Of a stretch of DNA of 49,715 nucleotides, positions 31,198 through 40,373 are shown one piece after another. Numbering within the stretch: position 1 is the stretch's first letter; each line of letters opens with the position of its first letter. A model generated the notes under the pieces. It saw only the letters and a program-made list of their open reading frames with translations, did not search any database and had not been told where the DNA came from. Source of the stretch: Chrysochromulina tobinii (lineage: Eukaryota); assembly GCA_001275005.1 (NCBI GenBank), contig JWZX01003341.1, forward strand, positions 1-49,715. Direction: 5' to 3'. The position numbers and the translations under genes were made by a program.

Positions 31198-31389
31198 GGC
31201 GACGTGCAAGTTCGAAGAGGCGGGGTTTTGTTCGCGGCACGTGGATGCGCCGCGTTTGATGACGTGCCCGCGACGCCGCGAAGCGCGCCGCAACGAAAGT
31301 CACGATTTAGAGTGGTTCACCTCAAATGTTCACACACCGCGAAACGCTGCAGGGTGGGCGCCCCCCTGTCCTAGGACTCCAAAGGGGAC

Positions 31390-31764
31390 ATGCTTTCGCT
31401 GACTTTAGCGATGCTCTCGTTGGCCCTGCAGCCAGGATCGCGACCTGCCATTCGTCCTTCCTTCGCCTTCGAAATGTCGGGCGTCCGCGTGGAGGTGTGC
31501 CAGAACAAGTACTGCAAGAAGAAGGGCGCGGCCGCGACTCTCAAGCTTCTCCAGGAGCTTGTAGGAGACCGCGATGATGTGCAGGTGGTGGTGGCCGATA
31601 TGACCCACACAGAGCACGGCTGCTTCGACGAGTGCACGATGGGTCCCAATGTGCGTATTGGTGGCGAGCCACAGGGCGACGATGGTCGTGTCTACAATGG
31701 AATCAAGACCGAGGCCATGTGCTCAGAGCTGCTTGAAAAGGCAGCTGCAGCGGCCAGAACATAG
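31390..31764 (+). CDS. Thioredoxin-like [2Fe-2S] ferredoxin domain protein, probably plastid-targeted
   Basis: VEVCQNKYCKKKGA...GCFDECTMGPNV gives CX4C...CX3C-xxGP; N-terminal hydrophobic signal peptide. Confidence 0.8.
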   Translation: MLSLTLAMLSLALQPGSRPAIRPSFAFEMSGVRVEVCQNKYCKKKGAAATLKLLQELVGDRDDVQVVVADMTHTEHGCFDECTMGPNVRIGGEPQGDDGRVYNGIKTEAMCSELLEKAAAAART

Positions 31765-32280
31765 TCGTCTAGATCAGGATCCATTGAAAATCGAGTGATA
31801 GTAGTAGCTGAGGGGGCATGGAAGGTTCAAATATCGGATTTGTACCGCCGAACAGCCAAAACAATCCAGTGAGCAGCGACCAGTCTTGAGTCTAGCCAAT
31901 TGTCTGTGTCTCCCCCGATGGATGAAAAGAGCATTGCGTCTCGAGACGCAAGCGTCAGTGTGATTTGTATAAGCATTCATGTGGTGGTACTATAGGAACT
32001 AATGGCTGGAAAATGAGGCTACGGGCTCAACTTGACAACCCCTTGACCATGCATCCCCCCAGCACGGGCTCATACGAGCTCCAGGCGCTGGTCGAGGCGC
32101 AGAGCCGACAGCCGAGACGAGAGAAATGGAGGAGGCGAGACCGCACAGGACCGTGATGATCGAGAAGGTGCGATGAGCTTGTGAACTTCTGTGATGAAAA
32201 GACGGAATCGTCACGGCCCGTGCCGAGAAAACACAAATCGAATCGAAGGTGGGCGGTCTTTTTGCCCCCTGCCAAGGGCC

Positions 32281-33267
32281 ATGCCATCGCGGGTCGGCGA
32301 GGACCTCCGCCTCGAGGCTCTCCGAGGTGGAGCCGCGTCAGCCGCCGCTTGCCTGCTGAGCAACCCGATTGACGTCGTGAGGTGTCGGCTCCAGCTCGAG
32401 GGAGGCCGTAGTGGCCTCTTTCATTCCACAGGCATGGCGAGCTCGCTGCCCGCTGCGATGGCGTACAACGTTGTGATGAACAGCACGCGATTCGCGCTAT
32501 TCGCAAGTCTCTCCAGCAACACCGACCGGCCGTTGACGAGCGGCCTCTTGGCCGGCGGCGTTGCCGGTCTGGTCTCGTCGCCGCTTGCTCGGCTGCGGAC
32601 ACTGCAACAGGCTGGCGACCACATGTTTGCGTCGGCAGCGCGGGCGACCGCAGCCGCACCCTTCTCGGGCGCCGGTATATGGTCGCTGCGGAACGCCGGC
32701 CACACAGCCTGCATCTTCTACCTCTACGAGGCCGCCCTGCGACGCCTCTCTGTGAGGCTCGACGGTGCAGGCGTGCCACCCTTGTTGTTGTACCTGTCCG
32801 CGTCGCTGTGCGCGTCGGTCACCTCTTGCCTGCTGATGAATCCGCTCGACGTGCTCGCGACCCGCGCCTTCCACGCTCCTCCTGCCAACGCAGCGGCGCT
32901 TGCCGCGGGCTTCCACACACCGACGCACCTAAACACGCCTGTCGCCGCGCCGAGCACGCTCAGGACGACGCTTAGGACGCCTGCACGCCTGCCGCTGAAG
33001 TGGCCTCTGCTCGACACCGCGTACCGCGGCCTCGGTGCGAACCTGATTCGGACCGTGCCGCACACGGTCCTCACATTTGTCTTCCTCGAGGCCCTGCGTG
33101 GCAATGTGCCGCTTCTGCCTGCGCGCCCAGCTCTCACGCTCCCTCGGGACACTACCCCATCTTCGGTTCAACGAGAGGGCCTGCAAGAGAGGCGGCGCGG
33201 CCTGCTCGCGCGGTCGCAGACGGAAGTGATGCGGCCGTATTCTTTGGGACCTGGGCTGACGACTTGA
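32281..33267 (+). CDS. Mitochondrial carrier family (SLC25) protein, oxaloacetate carrier/SLC25A34-35-like
   Basis: Three PxDxxK/R-type signatures: NPIDVVRCRLQLEG, SPLARLRTLQQ, NPLDVLATR. Also AYNVVMNSTRF and YRGLGANLIRTVPHTVLTFVFLE. Confidence 0.85.
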   Translation: MPSRVGEDLRLEALRGGAASAAACLLSNPIDVVRCRLQLEGGRSGLFHSTGMASSLPAAMAYNVVMNSTRFALFASLSSNTDRPLTSGLLAGGVAGLVSSPLARLRTLQQAGDHMFASAARATAAAPFSGAGIWSLRNAGHTACIFYLYEAALRRLSVRLDGAGVPPLLLYLSASLCASVTSCLLMNPLDVLATRAFHAPPANAAALAAGFHTPTHLNTPVAAPSTLRTTLRTPARLPLKWPLLDTAYRGLGANLIRTVPHTVLTFVFLEALRGNVPLLPARPALTLPRDTTPSSVQREGLQERRRGLLARSQTEVMRPYSLGPGLTT

Positions 33268-34200
33268 GCGCCTTGCCCTCCATCGCGGAGCGGGAGGGCT
33301 GAACTACTAGCATCGGACCCCGCACCCCCCCGCCCTATACGCACCCCCGCACACGGGGACACGCACCCTTGCGCTGTGTTTTTTGTTGTAGACTCTGTTG
33401 TAGTTTGTGCGTGTCGAGGTATCGGCGAATGTAGTCAGGTGTCAGGAATGTAGCGAGTTTTTGATAGTTCCAAGTTCCGTGATTGCTGATTCGTAGTATT
33501 GGTAATGGCATCCATTCGACGTGACGCCCGGGGCCCGGGGTCACGGCTCGCGCCTTACTCGCGCCGCGGCCGGACCCGGCCGGCGGCGGCCTGGCGCGGC
33601 CGCCCCGCGCTTAACCCCGCGCCCGGCCGACCGGCCGGCGCGATCGCGTATGCGCGTATGGCCGCGTTTTTTATCCGCGTATCGAGCGTTCGCAGGGGCG
33701 AGCGAGGCGGTCGCGGGCGCGTGCGCCCCAGCGTCCTCCCTCCTCCCCGCGCGCCCCGCGGCGCGGCGGGTTGTTGCTTCGTCGAATAACGAATACGAAC
33801 AGAACGGTCAGACGAAGTCGGTGCGTCCACGGTACGCCGGCGGGGGCGCTCACCGGGGGCGCGCCCCGTAAAACCGGCGGTTGGCTGGTACATGCCGTTT
33901 GGGTTCCGCTCCGGGCAAAACCGCGCCACATGTGGTTCGTGAACCGTGTGCTGATCCTAGCTGGTCGTCCGTGGAGCAACTCTTCATGCGTCATGGCAGC
34001 ATCTCCCCTCTCCCCCCACGACCTCCCTTCTTCCCCCACTATGCCAGCTGGATGTCACGTTGGCCACACCTCCGTGCTGGTAGCGTCGCTCACTCAACAT
34101 AGCCCACTGCTCCACGTGTGCGCGTGTCCACGGATCCCGCGCGCCTGCCGAGCACTGTGTTCACGTGTGCCGCCATCCCAATGCGCTCTGTACGTGGCGC

Positions 34201-37200
34201 TCAGATAGAGGAGACGCACTGGTACATGTTCTCCATGTACTCATCGACGACGGCGGTGGGCGAGACAAAGTCCCATTCGGCCACTTCGTACTCCTGATCG
34301 GGCGCCTCGCGCTCGGCCTCCGAGATATCATTGGCGATCTGCACGGCGAGATTCTCCTTGTCCTTCTTGCGCTTCGCCGGCGCCTTGAGGTTGACGCAGG
34401 GCGAGTCGAACTTTTTGAGCGGCACGAGGTCCCAGTCGATGCCCCTCCAGTACGGATGGTCGAGGATCCCTGCATGCAATGCGGGAGGCAATGCGGGACG
34501 CAATGAGGGAGGCAATGAGGGAGGCAATGAGGGAGGCAATGAGGGAGGCAATGAGGGAGGCAATGAGCAATGAGGGAGGCAGTCTGCATGCAATCGGGAT
34601 GATCGCAAGTCACGGAGCGCGCACCAGCGATGCCACGGCTGTCGCAGCCTAGTCGCACGTTGTGGTCTTGGTGAAGGAGCCCCATGACGAGGCTCTCGGC
34701 GGCGGAGTCCTTGAAGTCGTGCGGCCGGTACTGCGGGTTCTCGTCCTCAGGATGAGCATAGGGCACCGTGCCCGCCGAGAACTCGTACATGAGGACGCCC
34801 ACCGTGTACCAGTCGCACGACATGCCGTAGGGCTCGCGACGGTCCTTGGCCCATCGCACCTCAGGCGCCATGTAGCAATCGGTGCCCACACGCGAGCGCC
34901 TCTTGGGCTGCTTCTTAGAGACGCGGGCAGCGAGCCCCATGTCGATCATCCGCACGTGGCCCTCCTCGTCGATCAGCAGGTTCTCGGGCTTCATGTCGCG
35001 GTACAAGACGTTCTGCTGGTGGCAGTAGCCGATGACGCACACGACCTCCATCATGATGAAGCGCACCTGCTCGGCCGTCAGACGCTTCTTCGTGAGAACA
35101 AACTCGGAGAGGTCTCCCGCGGGCACGAGGTCCATGACCAGCACGAGGAACTCTGTGTTCTGGAAGGCGTACGAGAGGTTGACCAGGAAGGGGTGGTGTA
35201 GGCATGCCATCAGGTCCTTCTCGAGGTGGATCTTCCTCCTCCAGGACGAGCCCAGGGAGCGGCGCATCATCTCCTTGTGCATCACTTTCATCGCATAGTG
35301 CTTGCCGCAGTCGCGCTTGACTACCTCAAGCACCTGCCCGAAGCCGCCCTGGCCCAGCACCCGGATAAGCCGGAAGTCAGGCAGCCCAGGTACTCGCCCT
35401 TCCTTGGCTTTGAGCTCCAGGATGTACGCAAAGTGCTCCGACGAGAGGAACGGCGACATGCACTGGTCCTCGATGGCGCTGACCGCGATCTTCTGCGCCT
35501 CGTCGAAGAGCTTGCGTGCCTCTTTGATGTCGAGCGAGCCCACCGTCAGCTTGCCAAGCTCCGTCTTGATGGCCGCACGCTGCGTCTCAGTGAAGCAAGA
35601 GAGGCGCATCACGCCGTCGCTCTTGATGAAGTGCTCGTAGATGCGCGTGCCCATGTCGAGCAGCTGCGGCGGCTCAGGCTCTGATCGGAAGTCCTGCACG
35701 TCCATCCAGAACTCGAACATGGCGAGCGACATCGTGTACGCCTCGCGCTCGTCCGCCCGGTCCTCGCACGCCTTGGAGATGAACTTTCGGAAGATGCCCA
35801 TGTAGGCGGGGTTCTGAAGGATCTCGTGGATGGACACGTTGGCGAGGTGCTGGCCGGCAACCTGGCGCTTTTCGTTCGAGAAGGCCTCGGTTAGGTTGCG
35901 CAAGCGTCTCGCCTGGTACGAGGCGAGGAAAGCAAAGAAGCGGCCGGGCAGCTTCGGATGGGACGTGAAGAGGCTCTCGAGGTACGCTCCGTCCACGCAC
36001 ACGAGGATCGCCTCCTCCGAGTCGGTCACGATCGAGGCAGTCGCGCATCCGCTCTTGAGAAGCGACGTCTCGCCGAACATCTCTCCCGGCCCACGGTGTC
36101 CCACAACGACTGCCGTCGGCTGGTCCTTCAGCTGCAGCTCGACCCGCAGAGAACCCTGCAAGATCTGGTACAGGGCGCGCGTGGGCATCCCCTCGCGCAG
36201 CACCGAGTCGCCCTTTTTGAAGCGCATCTGCTTCGCGCCCGAGAGGAAGAGACTCCAATCCATCTCCGTCAAGTCCATCGAGAGTCCATGGGTCTGTGAC
36301 GAACCTGACGAAGCTCGAGGGCTCTCCCGCGCCGTGTGGCCGCCGGATTTGCCCAGCTCGAGCGCGTCCATGATGGTCTTGTCGACCTCCTCGTACACCT
36401 GCGCCTTCGTCGGCCCCAGCTCGGCCGAGGCCGCCTGCAGCGCCGCGGCCGTCGCCTGGCGGCGGCATTGCTCCATTTGTACCCACGTCTCCTCACAACT
36501 TTCGGGCAGCGTCAGCTCGAGCGAGTAGCCCTTGCACTGCACTTCGACCGTATTGGCCAGCTCGGTCGACTTGAGGAGTGCAACCACGTCCGTCAGATCG
36601 ACCGTCTGCTGCTTGTGGAAGCCGAAAACTTTCCAATCGAAGCACAGATGCTTCTCGAAGAGGTACATGTCACCGAAGGACACGTTGGCATCCTTGAGGG
36701 CATTCGCCTCTTTTCGCATGGAGCACGTGGTGCGCAAGACGAGGGGCTCGTCCTTGTCGAGGGCAAACAGCTGCCGGTACTTGGCCACGTTCAGGGTCGT
36801 GTCGCCCTGGGGCTTCTTGGCCGTTATGGTATTCTTGGCGTTCTTGGCGACCACCTCGGCGCGCATCTTGGAAGACGCCTCGCTGATGCGATCCGAGAGC
36901 GTCGAAGCGAGCATCCGGAAGACGCGGCCGCACTTTTCGGGGTCCGATGCGATGTGCTCTGCCAGCCTGGAGTGCTGCACGACATAAGCCTCGACCGTGC
37001 CCGCGGCGATGACGCTGCTGCCGGGCAAGTCGCCCAGCAGGAGCGTCATCTCGCCGATTAGGTCGCCCTTGCTGCGCTTGGCCACCTCCTTTGTACCTTT
37101 CAAGATCGTCGCGGTGCCCTTCCGGATGAAGATGGCAGAGTCCGAAGCCTGGCCCTCAGTGATGATCGCCTCCCCATCCTTATATGTCTTTGGCAGGCCG

Positions 37201-37334
37201 ACATCCCTGAAGAGGGCCTCACGGAACGCCTCCGCATCCTTCTCCGGTTGGAAGTGCGAACTCATAGAACGGCCGTGTGCATGGCCTTTCGCGGAGCCTT
37301 CTGCACCGCCTGCCTTGCTGCCCGCGCATCCCAT
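34201..37334 (-). CDS. cNMP-binding - GRAM - cNMP-binding - RGS - AGC (GRK-like) protein kinase, ~992 aa; exons 37334-34625 and 34469-34201
   Basis: MGCAGSK myristoylation/palmitoylation motif. Two cNMP folds (GEAIITEG..GDLIGEMTLL; GDSVLREG..GEMFGETSLL). GRAM (YRQLFAL...GDMYLFEKHLCF). RGS (EILQNPAYMGIFRKF..FEFW..IYEHFI..LFDEAQ..PFLSS). Kinase GQGGFG, YAMK, YRDMKPEN, DMG, YMAPE. The spliced tail ILDHPYWRGIDW is an AGC-type extension. Confidence 0.92.
34477..34581 (-). repeat. Intronic 12-bp tandem repeat (gcctccctcatt)n
   Basis: About eight units, seen as gcaatgagggag on the + strand, inside kinase intron 34470-34624. It produces the spurious PHCL repeats in the ORF track. Confidence 0.9.
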
Positions 37335-37519
37335 GAGCGCCGCCGCGCGACCCGGCTTTCACGACGACGTGAATTCCGAGACACGGCAACTTCGCGTATC
37401 CGGATAAGGAGTTTCATAAATTCCCTTCAAACTCGAAAGGAGCCATTACAAACACCCACACAAATCTTGCAATTCGAGTCACGCAAAACTTTTTTTTGAC
37501 GAACCTCCCTTATCCGTCC

Positions 37520-38779
37520 ATGCAGAAGCCCTCAGACTGCGATGACGAGCCCAGCATCCCTTCATGCCGCATCTGCATGGAGCCGGGTACCCCTTACGAC
37601 GACCTCGTCCAGCCATGCGCATGCGCTGGCACGCAGGCTTGGATCCACATCGGCTGCCTGAAGCGGTGGCAGCAGTCGTCACCCAACCGGTCGCGAAAAG
37701 CCATCTGCCCAGTTTGCAAGGCGGCATACGCCCCCGAATTCGTGCCGCGCGAAAAGCCCCCTGCGAGCGTCTCTCCGCTCTCGCTGCCCTATAACTGGGT
37801 GCGCAATGCGATAGCCATGGCCAGTTTGGGGTTCGCCAACATCTTCTGCAACGAGCCTGTCATCATGATAGTAATCCTCGTCATCATGTTCATTGGCTGC
37901 TTGGACTGGTCGCTTCCGGCCCTCTTTGGTTTACGGCTGTGCATGCTCGTGGACGGAGACGGCACGCCCTCGCTTCGCCTCGTGCGTGTTGGGTCGAACA
38001 TCCAGGGCCTCGCGGCGGGCGCGCTGCTCGTGGCCACAGACGCCATCCGTGGCGGCATCTTTGACCGCGCGGTGGTCGTGATCACGCGCCACGACGAGGA
38101 GGGCACTGCCGGCTACCTCATCAACTGCCCCATCGAACGCATCCGCACCAACCATCCGGTCTTCGAAAGCGGCGCGCCTCTCCGCCACGCGCTCGCAACG
38201 CCTGAGGACCCGTTCGCGGTCTCGCACGGGCTAGGCGGGCCCGTCGGCCTCGACACTTGGGTCGTGCTGCACGCGTTCGAGAACGTGCCGGGCGCCACGC
38301 GCCTGGGGAGCGGACTGCACGTCGGCGGCGACCTCGCAACGCTACGCGAGCGCGCGCGCGCCTCACTGCTCGACCAACGCAGGGCCGTCGACGGGGCCGA
38401 GGCACAGCAGGCCGATGCGCGAGGAGCGCAGGCTGGCGCGGCCGACGGCGCGGCCGAGGGTGCGGCGGCCTTCCGCGCGGATGCCCTGCACGTGAGAGGA
38501 GAGGTCGATGCCGCATCGCTCTGGCGCTCGCATCGATGGGTGGGCACCACTCCACGCGAGCGCACCCACGTCCTCGCGCGTGCGCTGCATGGGCACTCCT
38601 CGTGGGCGCCCGGCCAGCTCGAAGGCGAGATCCGCTCGGGACTGTGGAAATGGGGCGCCGGCCAAGGGTACGAGTTCGCGCTCACGAGTGCCGGCTGGCC
38701 TCTTGCCGACGCGAGGCCCGATTATCGCATCTGGCACAAGGCCCTCGCCGTCCTCGAGCGTGCGCAGGTTGGAAGGTAG
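37520..38779 (+). CDS. RINGv (MARCH-type) E3 ligase domain - TM region - DUF179/AlgH/YqgE domain fusion
   Basis: CRIC...LVQPCACAGTQAWIHIGCLKRW...CPVC is a C4HC3 RINGv, followed by hydrophobic segments. GALLVA..GGIFDRAVVVITRHDEEGTAGYLIN.P, GGPV and GHSSWAPGQLEGEIRSGLW are DUF179 hallmarks. Confidence 0.85.
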   Translation: MQKPSDCDDEPSIPSCRICMEPGTPYDDLVQPCACAGTQAWIHIGCLKRWQQSSPNRSRKAICPVCKAAYAPEFVPREKPPASVSPLSLPYNWVRNAIAMASLGFANIFCNEPVIMIVILVIMFIGCLDWSLPALFGLRLCMLVDGDGTPSLRLVRVGSNIQGLAAGALLVATDAIRGGIFDRAVVVITRHDEEGTAGYLINCPIERIRTNHPVFESGAPLRHALATPEDPFAVSHGLGGPVGLDTWVVLHAFENVPGATRLGSGLHVGGDLATLRERARASLLDQRRAVDGAEAQQADARGAQAGAADGAAEGAAAFRADALHVRGEVDAASLWRSHRWVGTTPRERTHVLARALHGHSSWAPGQLEGEIRSGLWKWGAGQGYEFALTSAGWPLADARPDYRIWHKALAVLERAQVGR

Positions 38780-39311
38780 ATAGAAAATCGATACGCGATT
38801 CGACGGGAATAGACATCTCGGTACTCGGACGCCCCGGCCCCCGCCCGGGCCCCGGCCGGCCGGGATCCGCCGCGCGCCGGCACACGCCGGGTAGTGAGTG
38901 AAGTGAAAGTCGTTCACGGAGTGTCAGTGTGACGCCCGGGCATATGCGCCGATGGGACGCGCTGTATTGTGCTCTTTATATATTACTTAGCGTATTGTAT
39001 GCAGATTCTCTCATTCACTCCGGTCGGCCTCCATCGCCAGCTGATCGCCGCGGAACGCTGAGACCGTGTCCTGAAACGAGTTTGCTCCCTCGACCTCATC
39101 AAACTCGCCATCGAGCAGCGTCCCTCGATACACGTCGTCGGTTGTGAGCAACTCTGATCCGGCAATCTAACGGCCGTTGTGACGAAATACGATCAAGTAC
39201 ACAATACCAAGCGGGATCACCGAATGGGGGCTGGACTCGCTGGATTCCCCCCCTAATCGCCGTCACCCGAAAAACCCGCCGCTACGACACACGCAACAAC
39301 GCCCATCGAAC

Positions 39312-40097
39312 ATGAGCGTCTCAATCGAAGTCTTGGTCCTGCGCCACGGCGAACGCATCGACGAGGTGCCAGACTCGAGCATCGTCAATGATCGCCCGAA
39401 GTGGGATCCGCCCCTCACTCGCAATGGATACAAACAGGCTGCAGAGGCGGGCGTGAGGCTGCAAGGCGAGCACCAGCGGCGTCCGTTTGAGCGAATTTAT
39501 GTCTCGCCGTGCACCCGCACATTCCAGACAGCGAGCTTCGTGGCGGCCCAGCTCGGTGGCGTGCCACTACGTCCCGTGCCCGGGCTTGCCGAGTGTGCTG
39601 CTGCAGTCCAGAAGTACGGCATCAGCGCTTTTGACCCGAAGGGCAAGGGGCCACGTTTCCTTGCTTCCGAGCAGGCGGGCGCCTACTGCGCCCCCGGCAC
39701 GACAATTGAGCCCACCGACGCTCTGTACTCGGAAGGTTTCGAGGCCTGCGTCGGCCGGCTGGCATCCGAGGCGGCGGCGCAGGGGCTCACGCGGGTGCTT
39801 CTCGTGTCGCATCGCGAGGGCATCCGCGACCTGTGCAACCTAGCTGGCTTTCGCGGCCGAGCATCCACTGCATACTGCTGCATCGCGCAGTTTCGGTACA
39901 CGCCGGACTCTGACCAATACGAACTTCTCACAGCACCCACCACTAAAGTGCTGCCGACGCGCGATCCCTTGCCGGCTCCGCCTCCGCCAGTGCCTAACGG
40001 TGTCGCCGTCACCCTACCCCTAACGGGCAGTGAGGTATCAGGTCCCCCACGAACGGTATGTGCGGAGAGTTGTACGGGTGAGTCACTAACCGTCTGA
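39312..40097 (+). CDS. Histidine phosphatase superfamily (phosphoglycerate mutase-like) protein
   Basis: LVLRHGER, DPPLT..G..QA, YVSPCTRTFQTA, GLAE, VLLVSH. Confidence 0.9.
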   Translation: MSVSIEVLVLRHGERIDEVPDSSIVNDRPKWDPPLTRNGYKQAAEAGVRLQGEHQRRPFERIYVSPCTRTFQTASFVAAQLGGVPLRPVPGLAECAAAVQKYGISAFDPKGKGPRFLASEQAGAYCAPGTTIEPTDALYSEGFEACVGRLASEAAAQGLTRVLLVSHREGIRDLCNLAGFRGRASTAYCCIAQFRYTPDSDQYELLTAPTTKVLPTRDPLPAPPPPVPNGVAVTLPLTGSEVSGPPRTVCAESCTGESLTV

Positions 40098-40373
40098 TTT
40101 CATACCGTCATTAAGTAAGATGCGCGATCGTGACGACCGCGGACGTGCCAGGACGACTCGAGCAGTCGTGAGTCGAGCTTCGAGCTACGCGTCGAGCGGA
40201 CTTAAGACTGAGCGGAGGAAAGAGGGAAAGAGCGGACCGTCGCGACCCGCCACCGCCGGATCGGAAATCGCTCCTCGTTTGTTCATCATGATCATCCTCG
40301 AGATCATCCGTCCCCATTGGCCGTCGCGAGCTTCAGCCAACAGACACGGACTTGTGGGCTTGCCTCCGTCGCG

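Noticed and set aside
34161..34624. PHCL-repeat C-terminus of the 1057-aa kinase ORF
   Set aside because: This is translation of an intronic 12-bp repeat; splicing 34470-34624 gives a proper AGC tail in another frame.
39055..39122. Hammerhead-like arrangement (ctgaga...gaaa-cgagtttg...caaactcg)
   Set aside because: The core is not CUGANGA, there is no stem II, and the cleavage triplet is GCC rather than NUH; only an 8-bp hairpin is supported.
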